A DNA stretch of 64,000 nt, from positions 18,848,001-18,912,000 of the forward strand of contig OX442314.1 of NCBI GenBank assembly GCA_949358305.1. The letters run 5' to 3'. This document shows positions 50,656 to 64,000 of this stretch, one piece after another; the stretch's first letter is position 1; every line of letters starts with the position of its first letter. Position numbers and translations under genes: made by a program. The notes beneath the pieces are model-generated. The model was not told where the DNA came from. It saw nothing but the letters and a program-made list of their open reading frames with translations, and made no database searches. Origin of the DNA: Strigamia acuminata. Lineage: Eukaryota.

Positions 50656-52684
50656 AGTAGACTAGTGTGGAATTTTGTCTCTGTTTCTTCTTTGGATCAG
50701 GTCTAGATTGACTTTTGCCTGCTTTGTTTGTTCTGTATGTTCTAATTATTTGGTTGCTTGACTTGACTACATATCTTTAGCGTTTTTGAGGTATAACTAC
50801 GTCTAGGAAGACATTATTTATGTGACGGAAGTAACTATCCGAAAAGCCACTTAAGAAAATTTAATATTTACAATAAGAGATCGCAGTAGCCAATAGCAAC
50901 AACTAGACGGCACTCAATTTTTTTTATCATCAAACATGAATGAATGGAGAGCAACAAACAAAGCATTCACTCAACCAAAACAAAACAATCAATGGAGCGC
51001 ATCAATTTTCTGATGTGGGGAAATTTGAATTGTGGTGGGTTGTTAGAGCAGATTGTGTGGACAATTTTTTCTTGCATAATAGCATAATACTTTTTAATAG
51101 TAGTGTTTTTGTTACTGCCTACTGGGTATAAATTGCAATAAGTATCCAAGTTTTGTCAGAATAAATTCGCTAATTTTCAGTTTAATTGACTTGACAATTA
51201 GATTTGCCACATGTGGTTGAGCCTAAGTAGATCTGTAGTAAGAGTTTCGTATTGCTTACAGATGCAGACATAAAGTCCCGTAATTTGTTTAGCCATAATA
51301 CTGTAACAGTGACTTTTAAAGAATAAACTTAATTTTATTTTGTTTATTGAGGTCGGAATAAGTTAATTGCAATTGCAGCACTTGAAATATAGTTGTTTTC
51401 TTCAACGAGGTTTTTTATTGAGCAATTTCTTATTTTATCTTCAATCGTCAAGAATGTTTTTAAATGTTTCTATTTTAACCTTGATCCTATGAGATTGTTT
51501 TTTTATATATATTTTTACATATCGTGCAAATTTTTAGTCGTAAACCTCATTTATTAAAGTGGAAATACCGCGGTATAAAGAAACCTGATTTCCGAAAATA
51601 AGAACCCTTTATTAAAGTGTCTGAAACGAGAAAAACAATTCTTTGTCAAAAACAATCGGAATTATTTTACTTATCCCGTTACACTTACTTTAGACATCAA
51701 GCGATGTGGCTGAAGATGATAACTGTGTTGGCAAGGGATTCAATTACTTTAATGGCGAGAACAAATTTAGTATAATTTTTATCCACAAAATAGATTTTCC
51801 TTTCTTTGACGACAAAATTGTGTAAATATATACAGTATATAAATGATTTTACTTAACGGCTTGTCAATAACATCATTATTTGTTATTTATACTTTAATAT
51901 TTTTCTTCATATCTTGGTAAAATTTAAAATGTTTACTTAATCCGTAAATTATGTTGTTGTATCGAATAACTGGTTCAGTATTTTTGGTTTTTTACGGAAT
52001 CAACAATGCGACCAATGAGGTCGTACGTGTATCGGAAACCAGAAGACGTTCGTAAGACATCTCGCGGGATTTAACGTTTTGTTTAAAATGAAAAAATCAC
52101 TTGTAACTTTAGCAATCAACCAACAAGTATGACATGAATAAGTAAATACTTAGAATATTGTGTAGTATAGTCATTATTCAGAAAATATATCTTTTTGACA
52201 ACACAGAAATAAATGATCATTCTTTCTACTCGTATCTAAAATAGTTTGTAGGAATCATGTGTTATCGGCTACCCACTTCAGTTCCTTTGCTAACGAGCAA
52301 AACTTGTGGGATGTTTCTAACTAATTTGATTTCAAGTGATGATGACGATGACCAATTTTCTGGAAGAATGTATGTATCAGACTGTATTTGACGTTAAGTG
52401 TAATGAGAGATATGATATGAAAGGTAATAATTTTTTTTGAAAACCAGTTAACTTAATGATTTTGACATTCTGGTTGAATATTATTTTATAATCATCAAAT
52501 CATCAAATGAAAAGTTTTGCTTAATATTTTAGTCTCTTTAAAAATTAAACTTTTGTTTTAAATGATAACATTATAACTTTATTTGCCAAGTGTATTGATT
52601 ACGTGCGTCTACGGCTACCCCTTGGGTTGAAACAGCTTATCTACCCTCCTACGTTTTGCGTAGGCGGGTCTGAGTCGCTAAACC

Positions 52685-52691
52685 TATAAAA
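52685..52691 (+). promoter_or_regulatory. Candidate TATA box of the allatostatin-C gene
   Basis: TATAAAA ~108 nt upstream of ATG 52793. Confidence 0.55.
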
Positions 52692-52792
52692 GCTCGTGGT
52701 TGGAGTTTCAAAGCACATGGTTGGGTAAAGACAGCAAAGCGTGAATTTTGGTTCTTTGCTGAGTTAAGCATTTCACAACGCGCTGACTGAAA

Positions 52793-55700
52793 ATGGGTAA
52801 TCAATTATTACTTGTAGTAATTAGTCTAGCGGTTTTGTTTTTCGCGAGTCAAGCCACCAGGTTGTATGCGGATGAGAAAATCCTATCACCTGAAAATGAC
52901 TTAAGTTCAGACGTAAGTTTTTGAATTTTATTATAAATATTGTTTAAATTAAGTTTCGGTGACTTTTAAATCACTTAATTGGTTTCAAAAAAAAAAATCT
53001 TATGTTTTGATGTGAATTTAAATTTTATTTTAATTTTTGACAAAATGGAAAATTGAAATTGCTTATAACGCCACTGCATAATATGTGTTGCGGTTGATTA
53101 AGACGGGCTCTAAAAGTGGTATAAGTGGTAATTATTATAAAGTTAAAATTAACTTGTGGTGCGCATGTTTGATTTTAGTAGAGTAGTCTCGTTTTTATTG
53201 CGACTTGCGTGTAATGACTGCAAAAAAATGCAAATGTTTTTTACTGTGGTTACGTTTAGGAAGATTGATGAATTGGGAATGGGTTTGAATGCTCTTACGC
53301 CACAAACTGCGGAATGCAACTGGAGAAAATTTACAAGCATTCGGGGAAAAATTTTGTGCTTTTTGCACAAGAAATTACGTAGTAGAAAATTACATGGAAT
53401 GTAAACAATTTACTCAGAATGTTTTTAGTTTTGTTTATGAAGGTTTAATTATAATGAATTGCTGGAATTAAGTTAAACAAAAGTAATAAAAAAAAATTAA
53501 TTAAAAAATTAATTAAAATTAAAAGGAGTAGGAAATTTAAATGTACAAACTGACTGAAGTTATTAAAGCAAACAAAAGGGTCACTGACAAATTAAAATAA
53601 AAGTATGAAATTCAAGTGCATTAATCGCTTGCTTGAATGTTGGTTAACCCAAACATTAATTAGCAACACAGGGAAGTGTCAAAGGGCAGCCAGCAACTGT
53701 TTGAATCCAATTAGAACGCTCAATTCAAAGGCCTTTGTGTTCTCACTTGTAAATTGTGGATAATGCCATATTTACACATCGTCTGTGTATAATAAGACAA
53801 TAGAAAATAATGGGTTAGGAAGCGGGATTGGTTTTAAATTCACACAATGGTAGCAATAATAAAGTTAAAACGTCAAATTGGAATATAATTGTTTTTGCTT
53901 ACACAAAAGACGAAGGTGGATTGACCATTGTTTATCGTTTGATTGTTCAAGAACCAATAACGGCTCTTTTTATACGTTCGAGAGTGTCTTCCTAAGTTGT
54001 TGCCAGCTGTTCCTCTCTATTTAATGTGCTTTTATTAACAGTTCTTGGAGTTTGTGACATCCTGTAAACTTTGCTCTTTTTATGAGAAATTTCTTCAAAA
54101 TTTAATTTATTAAGTCAAATTCAATTATAAAATTTTTCTCTTAAGTTTATTTCAAGTTATAGTAACTAAATCCACTTTTTAATTAAAAACTGTTGACCTT
54201 TTGGTGTTATAAAACTTGAAGAACGGTTCTAAAAGTTGCATGTAAAGGTAGTTTGCTGAGCTTCTAACTAGAGGTTATTTATTACTTCGTACTTTATAAT
54301 TTGGAATTATTTTTGACAAATTTTTGTTTTTTGTTTTTTGTTTTGAAGAATCTTTATTTTGTTTTTTATCTTTCTCTTATTTTCGGAAAGTGAAGCTGAA
54401 AAGTAGGCGAATGCTATCGTCTTTCTTTATAGATTTTAAAAATTAATATTTCTATACTCTCAGAAAAATCCATTAATTGTGTTTTTCTACGACCCACTTA
54501 TTTCCTCGAAATGTCAGAATATCAAGGAACTATAACTTTTCGTGAGTTGAAAGTATAATTTTAATATAATAATAATAATAATTCTGAACCACTGGCAAAA
54601 TGTAATAGAAGTTTTAGTAAAAAATTTGAATATTTTTATTTTAACTTTGACTGTTTTTTATTTATGAACATAACTGAAACGGTACGACTGCAGAGTCGAT
54701 ATTCGAAAAATAGTGATTGACCTCTGTGCACAGTGGCCGGATACTCTGCAGGATAATCAAATATAATGGAGCTTAATGCACTGTGCAGGATCAAACAAGA
54801 TTGAGGTTTACTCGATTTTATGATGGATGGGCTACTGTGATTGCACAGTTAAAAATCTTTGTTTGAAAATTTAAAGCTGACCACTAAAATGTAAAATTAT
54901 AAAATGAATATAATATGATACTAATCTTTTTGCTGTAAAAATATTTTAATTTTAAATTAAATAGTAGGTGCATTTATTAAGTAAAAAAACGAGTACAAAA
55001 AATGTACACGAGTGCAAATCACTTGTTTTACATGTTTTTTTTCTTGTTAATTAATTAATTTATTTTTGAATTAATGCATACCGTTTGTGCAGAGGATGCA
55101 TAGCTTGTTATTACAATATCAATGTTCATGTTATACAAATAATGTACTATACTATATTCGTGTTACTAAGTGGAAGCGTATAATTGCAGCTGTCTCATAT
55201 CAAATTTCAACATCATAAGCAGAAAGTTGAAAAAATTAGGTTGTCCACAGGGATTAATGTTTTAAATTGACTGAAATCGTAATTGCTGATTAGATTTTCG
55301 TAAGAACAAATATAAAAATCAGTATTGTAATTACTTTAATGGCTTTTCCCCATTTCCCCCATATGATTCAAAAATATATTTTACAATATATTTTTGATTT
55401 GCCAAATTAATGCATTCCAAAAGGTATTCCAAAATTATTCTAAAATATATAGCTTTTCGGGGAGTTTAAATATATTGTACGTGCATTAAATATGTTGTAC
55501 ATGCATTAAATAATGCATTTCATAATAAGTTTTCACAATTTGACAGTAATAGTACATTTTAGAACATACATCGTATTTGACAAATAATACTATTGTGGAA
55601 TGCATTTCACAATACATTTTACAAAATGTATTATCATTTGCAAACCAATAGCATGCAAAATTATCTTTCAAAATGCATTCTCCATCAGTGTATTTTGAAA

Positions 55701-57205
55701 CGTAATGCATTTCAAAATGCATTATAATACATTGCAATATAATTGAAATGGGGCCCCACATCTAGCGCGACACGATCTACCGCGACAATCCTTCTCTAAA
55801 AAATGTTTTTTACATAAAAAAAACCAGTAAGGTTAGGTTTGCAGGGGGTCAAGGGGGGGCGCAGCCCCCCCTTGTTACCCCATCTTAGGAATTAGACAGA
55901 GAAAAACGTAGTCGCAGTTTCAACAGCTGCTGTAGATCGTGTCGCGGTAGGATTTTGTCGCGCTAGATGACACGCCCCATTGAAATATATTTTTGAACCA
56001 TATGGGCCGTCCCATAGCTCCAGTTTTTGTCTGATTTTTAGAAATTTAAGTTTTAAAATGTTACTTTTGAGTAAATTTACTCAACGAGTAATATTTTTGT
56101 GAGATTTTTTTTTACATACTATAACTCAAAAATCAGATAGTTTTTTCACTTTTCCCTTTCCAAAATGGAGTGGCCTGGATCGTCCACTTTTAACGAGTAA
56201 GGTGAAAATTGTTAAATTACTTATAACCTTACTCACACCAAAATTTCACACATAAGTAGGTTTCCGCCACAGTTAACATTTAATTTCAAATGTAACATTT
56301 GCGCATAAACGTTGTAGCGGTTCACCCGTGTATATACGTGATTTAACTTTTATGTCGTCAGCTTAAGACTCTAAAAGAGTTGCGATGACATGATGCAAGG
56401 CTAAACTAATGGCCTAATAAAATAAAATAAAAATTAATTACTAATTACCTTTCGAATTCGCGTCATACATTATTTACTGTGTACTTTTATAATAAATTTT
56501 TGTAGCTACGTAGTTTTTAATGAATCAATTTGTGCATGATGATCATAAACTTGTTGTATTCGTATAATGATTGGATAATTAAATTAATGGCAGTAGGAAT
56601 GCCGTAGCTATTACGTAGTTTGGTGGTAGCAAATAATAAATGTAATTGATGCACTTTTTAATTTCGTAAAACAACGACCCGAGCAACAAACCCATTACCT
56701 ATATTCTATTTTTAAACACCTAAAAAGTACCCGGATAACACATCTTACTGCTTTTTACAAAAAAAATGCATATTACTACAATCAGTGTTTGTGGCTGTAA
56801 TAGTCTTATCTTGTGGGAAGTAACTGTTAATAAGGCAAAGTGAGCGGTCACATGACTGCCTGTCATCTCATGCGTCTTCCTCACCTCATGTTTGTAGTCA
56901 TTTTATACTAATCTTGATTAACTAAAATGCTTTGTTTGTGAAGAGCTTGAAGGCTCATGGTATTTGAATCCACTTTTGTGTAATTTTCAATAATTTTCAC
57001 TTGTCACATGCTAATAATAGTAATAATAAACAATTATTTTCAGTACATTGATCGATTCTTCCCTGACCCAAGAATAGCACAAAATGCCGATCCATATCGT
57101 TTCTTCCACTCCCCAGCATCTCAAGAAGTTGTCAAACGACAAAATCAAATTCGTTTTCACAAATGTTACTTTAATCCGGTTTCATGCTTTGGACGACGGA
57201 AGTAG
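52793..57205 (+). CDS. AstC: Allatostatin-C (somatostatin-like) prepropeptide, 93 aa
   Basis: Exon 52793-52912 (signal peptide MGNQLLLVVISLAVLFFASQA..., GTAAGT donor, phase 0) joined to exon 57044-57205 ending KR-QNQIRFHKCYFNPVSCF-GRRK*. An extra internal exon cannot be excluded. Confidence 0.88.
55338..56006. mobile_element. MITE with nested MITE (55750-55978)
   Basis: Outer cccatatgattcaaaaatatatt / aatatatttttgaaccatatggg; inner catctagcgcgac / gtcgcgctagatg. Confidence 0.65.
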
Positions 57206-57877
57206 TTTTGATATACTAATCTGATTATGGTCAATGTATCTCTGAAAAGTATCCAAATTAACAATTTTAAAAAAGAATGATTTCATGAAATTTTATTGTA
57301 TTTTTGAACTACAAATTGTTAATAATTATCACTGTAGATGATTTTAGTGTTTCTGGCTATAAAAAAAAATTGTGTTTGCATAATTTTGCAAAGATTATTA
57401 CCGTGCAATGAGAGTTATTTTTGAATAACAATTTGAAAGAAAGCAGTTTCCTATCAATTAAGGATGGTTACTTTTGTTTTACATTCTACTAAATAATAGT
57501 TAAACTCGAATTTAATGGAATATAAATTGTGAAGATGTATTTCATTGGCAACTAAAATTTTATTAATTAATAATCGACTAATACGGTGAAGTTCCATTTT
57601 TCCTTGTAAAAAGTGGGAACATTGAGAATTTACTTTGTGTCAACAGCAGAAGGAGGCGCTGTTGATTAGAGCGATGCCAAAGCCTTGATCGATGAAACTT
57701 GCAGAAGTATTATTCACATGTAACGAATGCTATCGCAAAGTCGCTTTAATTTCATCATATTTTATCAATTATTTGTACAGAAAACAATTCGAAGCCATCT
57801 TTCAGTAAGTCGTAAGTGTCATTTCAAGACCCAGAATTGATTTTCTGATTTTTTTTCAGTTGAATTCTATTGGACTG

Positions 57878-58045
57878 CGGGTCGGATCACTTCATTGAAT
57901 CCCGTTTCATCGAATTCTCATTTTTTGATATGTGTGAAAACGGGGTCGTTTTATCGAATTTTAAATACCGCTCGGGACGTTTCCTCGAATTTCGGGGATG
58001 TCGTGCACGTCGTCACAACGGGATTCGAGGAAGTGACCCGACTCC
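57878..58045. mobile_element. Small MITE
   Basis: gtcggatcacttc..gaatcccgtt / aacgggattcgaggaagtgacccgac. Confidence 0.55.
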
Positions 58046-58331
58046 ATTGGAATGAGAGTCATTGCAGTTAATTTTATTATTCGGTTCTTATTTAACAACA
58101 ACAGACGCCATGGATTGCAATCTATAATACTATCAAATACGTAATTCCGAATCAAAGAGGACTAAAAATTAATATTATTTTTAAAAATTTAGTAGTTATT
58201 TCATTCATCAAGTAGCATTTCTTCTGGTAATGAAAACTGAATCAAACAGCGCAGCCCGACTGGAGCTTCGCCCGCGTACAATCTTCATTATGAACTCCAG
58301 TTTCATCATTACCATTCACTTGCTTTGCTTG

Positions 58332-58636
58332 TATAGTAGTGGTCATAAAAATCGTCCCAGTCCAGCTTGAAGCTCACCTGCAAAATGAGCGTTTTCGGTT
58401 GTATCCACTAGGTAATGCAAAAACTCACTGCTATGTTGTGACAACTTGACATTTAAATGGTGTCAAACAATCATCTAAACCCACGATGTGAAGGTGATTG
58501 AATGAAATCATTTAAATGTCAATACGTCACAACATATCAGTGAGTTTTTGCACTGCCTGGTGGATACGGCCGAAAACGCTCATTCTGCAGGTGAGCTTCA
58601 AGCTGGACTGCGACGATTGTTATGACAACGACTGTA
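58332..58636. mobile_element. Fold-back MITE (~135-bp arms)
   Basis: cagtccagcttgaagctcacctgca..atgagcgttttcgg inverted at ~58570-58610; TA ends. Confidence 0.75.
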
Positions 58637-59626
58637 CTTGATCTTTATGGAACAAGATAGCTTTGGGTATGAGATGTTTAATATGGATTTTAAAATGCAT
58701 GGTCTGCGAACGGTCGATTGCCTGCCCCCAGACTTAAACCTGTCATACCACCAAAATAATTAAAATCTTTATTACAACATGCGGCTTTAAAAGTATTTAA
58801 ACTAGATTATAGTGCAGTTGTAACAGCTTTTAATAGTACTCTGCATATCGGGGATGGCGAGCGGATGGCTGCTTAGGGAATTAAAATGACATAAAATATT
58901 TGCGGCAGGGGGATGAACAAAAGTGGGTGGGTGCCCATTTATTTTTTCCCAAGCTGCGAAATAAGCTAATCATGGCACCTTTTTTTAAATGAGTGTACAT
59001 AAGTCCAAAATCATATAATGGCATATAATGGCATCTCGTGTTTTGTGGTCGTGGTCTCTTCTGGCGTTCAAAATTAAGACCAGCGGAATGATAAAAATAA
59101 GGATTGTGAGGTACAGAGTCGACAGCTCGTTTTTCTGGGACTATAAAAATTATGCGCACAAGCTGACCTGACTAAACGAAAAAATTTGACCGGGGCATTT
59201 TTTATTTACACCGCTCATGTTCTTGACATGCAGGTTCTTGACATAACTGTATGAATTATACGAGTCGCAGCGTGAATGTTTTTAAAATTTTTATTTGTTT
59301 AAAGCAGCTGTACAGTACATAATGGTGTCCATTTACACCAAAATGGTGACCAGTGTCTGAGATAAATCCTTCCAACTTGCTGTGTATGAAATTTAATTCA
59401 AGTAAAATGTGTTGTTTGATTCTCACATAGCAATCTTAATGGTTTACTGTAGCATTGTTCTTTGTAATTGCGGATCTGCAATTACGCGCAGATAATTTAT
59501 GATCCATTCAAATACATCGGGGTCTCATCACTTTAACGTTAATAGAGGTTATATTACCATTTTTTAGGTTTATTATAGTTGAGAATACCTAAAGATACCC
59601 TCTGATTGAATCAATCTATTAACAGT

Positions 59627-62600
59627 ATGGTTCGGTTAAATTGGTTCTTGGCAATTTGTTTTGTTTTAGTTCTAAATTTAATTAAGCCTACGATTAGCTA
59701 CACTGAGGTGGTAAGTAAATGACAAAACCTCTGTGCAATACATAATAAATAATTAGTAATTTAAAAATAATTTATTTATTATTTATTTATTATTACTATT
59801 TTCAAATTATGTGTATTTTTATAACAGAGTATTGTAAAACGTGGTGTCCCGATACCTGAAGGTATAAACGACACATTTGATCAGCCAGGACCGAATTAAA
59901 TTATTGTAAATTTCAGAACCAAAGGTAGTAACACCCGCCACTGAAAACGCAAGCAACCAAGTAAGCTTTTTACTTTGATCTATTATTTTTTCATTAATTT
60001 ATTATACTTATATTAGCAATGAAATTAGATGAATTAAAGAATGCCAAAACTAACGAGATAAAATGAAATATAGAAAATGAAAAAATCTTGAAACTATTGC
60101 TGTTTCTAGTTTATTGGCTTTAAATTGTACTAATAAGTTGTCTTAACATGCACAAATATTTAATAGGACGATTATAAAATTGGAGAGGTAGTAATAAATA
60201 ATTCGCTTTATTTTCTAACAGTTTTAAATTACGATTTTATGAATCTCATTTCTTTTGATGTTGGGTCCACTAACTGTACTTATTTCATTTTATAAAATTC
60301 AAATTTGGGCATGGTTTAATATGATAGTTTATTTATTTGTCATTCATTATTTAGAGTAGTAAAGCTAGAGTGAGACGTCAAGCCGAAAACGATGTTCCGG
60401 CAGACACCGGAGCTGGTGCAGATGACGTTCCAGCAGGTAAAGAGGCGGAGGCTGCAGATGCGGGAACAACTGCAAAACCTGCCAAAGGTGGAAAAGGTGG
60501 AAAAGGTGGAAAAGGTGGAAAACATGGAAAACACACTGGAAAACAACCAAAAGGTGGGACAGCTACTACTCCTGATAAAGAGCCTAAAGGATGAATTTCA
60601 ATAAACTTTTAATTTTAGAATGCAATCACTATTTTAAAACCATTAATCATAACTTCATTAACTATGAATGCTAACATACTGATCTACTCGAAACACTCAG
60701 CTAAATTACGACCACCCATTTCCGAGGGGTGGATGGGAGTCGTCAATTTTAGTCTTGTGGCGTTATCTCATTTTATTTGGGTTTCAAAAGTTTAGTCTTA
60801 ATTTTGTTTTCATTGAAAAGGGGCCTAATGCCGTATACAAACCTACAATTTTAATTAACAAATATTTTCTGTTTCAGGTCGTGAAGCTGATCCAAATGCA
60901 ATTACAACTCCATCTCCATCTTCACCTCCACCTCCACCTCCACCTCCAGAAGACGTAAGTCATGTACATATTCGAGGAAAAACTGTTAAACTATCAATTT
61001 ATTTTCATGTTTTAGAAGAAGAAAAAACTTAGTAAGTCGAGATAAGTAAAATTTTTTTCTGGTAGGGTACTAGCGTAGACTGACTTTACGAACAAGTTTG
61101 ACCTTTATACATTTTTCAACAGTGGCCTGTAACACACTTACTGAGAGACTCGGTGTGCAAAACAGAATCTAGGGTTCAGGGTCTTGATGAGTTTAATTCT
61201 GAATTGGTCTATTGATGGGTCTTTAGACTGTGACCGGAAATGCAGTGTTCCGTAACCGGTCCATGTTAGTTGACTGCAGCAAGGCGGTAGCGCTGTTGAG
61301 GTCACAATCTGTACAGCTATAATATTATTTAAAAAAATTTCTGAGCGTAAACTAAAACAGAATTCTTTGCTTTAATTTAATGTAGCTCCAAAGGCTTTCG
61401 AAGGGCCCACAGCGAGAGAGGACGGGCCTACAGCGAGAGAGAAGGGGTCCACAGCAAGAGTGAAGGGGTCGAAAGAACATCACAGCCACCACAATCGTCC
61501 TGATCATCATCATCTTGATCCTCATTTTTTTAAATACCTTCTTGATTATTATAACTATAATTTTGATCCTCGACATCCTAATCGTCATCATTCTGTTCGC
61601 CAACCTGATAATTATCATTTTGGTCCTCACCATCCTGGTGGTCATCCCTTTGGCTTTCATCATCCTGGTGGTCATCCTTTTGGCCCTCATCATCCTGGTG
61701 GTCATCCTTTTGGCCCTCATCATCCTGGTGGTCATCCTTTTGGCCCTCGTCATCCTGGTGGTCATCCTTTTAGCCTTCATCATCCTGATCGTCATCATTT
61801 AGATGACATATTTGGTCATCATCATCCTCATCATAATTATTTAGATGACATTTTTGGTCATCGTCATCCTCATCATGATTATTTAGATGACATTTTTGGT
61901 CATCATCCTGATTATCGTCCTGATCATCATCTTGAGCCCCTTCCTGAAAAAAAGCTTCCTGGTCAGCATCCTGATAAGAAGCCTTCTGGTCAGCATCCTG
62001 ATAAGAAGCCTTCTGGTCAACATCCTGGTCGCCTTCCCGGTCATCATCCTCATCTTCCCGATCATTATCCTGCCCATCACCGTCACCATCATCATTATTA
62101 CCCTCGGTATCCATACTTTGATTCAGATGAACAGGATCACCGTCCGATTCCACCATTCGATTCAGATGAACAACAACACCATCCGCTTCAACTCTACGAT
62201 TCAGATGAATGGCCTATCCCACCATTTCCACTCTTTGATTCAAATGAATGGCCTCATCATCCGAGTCATCACCACGGTTCAAATAAACGGCATCATCGTC
62301 GGGCTCCACGCCCCGATTCAGACAAAGCCCATCACAGTCCTAACCCCGATGGAGATAAACAACATCCGAATCCACTCGATTCAGATAAAGACCATCCCCG
62401 TCCGATTCCTCACCTGGATTCAGATGAACACCATCGTCGTCACCGTCCGCACATACACCCAGGTTCAAATAAATATCACCGTTATCCGTTTGCACACCTC
62501 GGTTTACATAAACATCGACATCGTCACCATCCAATTTCACCCATCGATCCAGATGGGCAGCCGCAGCAAGCGGGGGCTGTGCCCACTGGAGATGGAAACG

Positions 62601-63850
62601 AACAAAAACAAAATCAGCAACAAAATCAACAACAACATGAGCAACAAGGTCAGCAACAAGGTCAACAACAAGGTCAGCAACAAGGTCAACAACAAGGTCA
62701 GCAACAAGGTCAACAACAAGGTCAGCAACAAACTCAACAACAAACTCAACAACAAACTCAATATCAAAATCAACTTCAAAGTAGTGGCGGAGGATTTAAT
62801 GCAAATATTAATCAAAACAATGAATTTTCACCAACTTTTGGAAATGTTGGTGACATTGGAAAAATTGGGGGTAGAGAATTAGCGCATCAGCTGGCGGATT
62901 CAAAGAGTTCGAGTAGATCCTACAACAAAGAAATCAGTCGTCATGACCTTTTTCGCTTTGAGAAGGAGCTAGATGACTATTTTAATTTGCTCCATCTTTT
63001 GCTCCAACCATCTGAATCAACAGGTGGGAAAAAACCAGAATACTTTTTCGATTTCCGTAACTTTATTCTACCAGCTGCAGATCCTCTTGATAAGTATGTA
63101 AAATCAACAATGTAAAATTTTATTTAAATTTTGTTACCGTTCAATTTCAGTTTGTTAGGGCATTTAGATGATTCATCGTCGTCGTCGTCGTCGTCATCAT
63201 CGTCATCGTCGTCGTCCTCGTCGTCCTCGTCCTCGTCGTCGTCGTCTGATTCTGCTGAGAGTGGTTCTTCTGGTGATGTTAGTTTCGAATCCAGTGAATT
63301 GTTCGGCCGGGCAGCAAAACCCGCAGCCAAAGCAAAAACCGCAACCACAGCAAAACCCGCAATCGCAGCAAAAAAAGGCGCGAAAGGAAAAGAGAAGGTT
63401 ACTACTCCTCCAGCTGCCGAAAATGCAGCTGCTCCCTTAGATTCAGCGGCTTCTGCTGCCGCAGAAGCAGCAGCTACTACTGCAAAACCCGCAGCCGCAG
63501 CAAAAAAAGGCGCGAAAGGAAAAGGAAAAGATGCTCCTGCTGGTAAATCTGCTGCCGAAGATGCAGCAGCTCCTGCCGGAGATGTAGCAGCTCCTGCCGG
63601 AGATGCAGCAGCTCCTGCCGGAGATGCAGCAGCTCCCGCGGTTAAAGCAGCTCCCGAAGATGCAGCAGCTCCTGCAGGTAAACCTGCTGCCGGAGATGCA
63701 GCAGCTCCTACAGGTAAACCTGCTGCCGGAGATGCAGCAGCTCCTACAAGTAAACCTGCTGCCGGAGATGCAGCAGCTCCCGCAGTTAAAGCAGCTTCCG
63801 TAGATGCAGCAACTACCGTAGGTGCATCAACAACACCACACACAGTGTAG
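59627..63850 (+). CDS. Secreted modular low-complexity protein (~921 aa): poly-Pro, His/Pro-rich, DSDE repeats, (QQQG)n, poly-Ser, Ala/Pro/Asp repeats
   Basis: Exons 59627-59710 (signal peptide MVRLNWFLAICFVLVLNLIKPTIS), 59828-59861, 59917-59960, 60167-60187, 60355-60436, 60878-60954, 61016-61031, 61386-63093, 63151-63850; phases consistent (2766 nt); AATAAA at 63860. Confidence 0.75.
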
Positions 63851-64000
63851 TTTATTTGTAATAAATTTCTATTGATTTTAATTTGTATTTTAAAATAAAG
63901 ATATGTTTTTCATGATAAGCTTTGGACATTATGTAGTTTTTATTTGCAGATCTGCAAGCAAAGAATATGATCTATGTATTGGACTAATATAACACTAATC

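Noticed and set aside
48800..59600. Additional allatostatin CC/CCC paralogs; short ORF near 52257
   Set aside because: No second C-x6-C-F motif found by eye; the short ORF lacks a signal peptide and cleavage sites.
61352..63843. Hydrophobic, Met-rich or Ala-rich ORFs in other frames and strands
   Set aside because: Shadows of the low-complexity coding repeats; the plus-strand frame has the splice-phase and signal-peptide support.

Overview
AT-rich, intron-rich animal genomic DNA, most likely arthropod (short ~55-70 nt GT-AG introns, insect-type tRNA-Asp, allatostatin-C). 1-27 kb: tandem array of carotenoid-cleavage-oxygenase (BCO/RPE65/NinaB superfamily) genes on the minus strand: three young paralogs, one 3' fragment and one divergent ancestral-type copy, interleaved with five identical tRNA-Asp(GTC) genes and many MITEs. 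The ancestral-type copy has all four Fe-binding His. The young copies keep open reading frames but have lost one (copies 1, 2) or three (copy 3) of them, so they are candidate pseudo-enzymes. 31.4-34.3 kb: a recent 2.94-kb LTR element with identical LTRs that encodes only SAP-Gag-protease plus an acidic tail. 34.5-38.4 kb: a CLCA-like membrane protein with degenerate HExxH and MIDAS motifs. 39-49 kb: nested DNA transposons, including a near-intact Tc3-like element. 52.8-57.2 kb: an allatostatin-C precursor that predicts an amidated peptide. 59.6-63.85 kb: a secreted modular His/Pro-, Gln-, Ser- and Ala-rich protein with a predicted short alternative isoform. All gene models were assembled by eye from splice signals and paralog comparison; none is transcript-confirmed.
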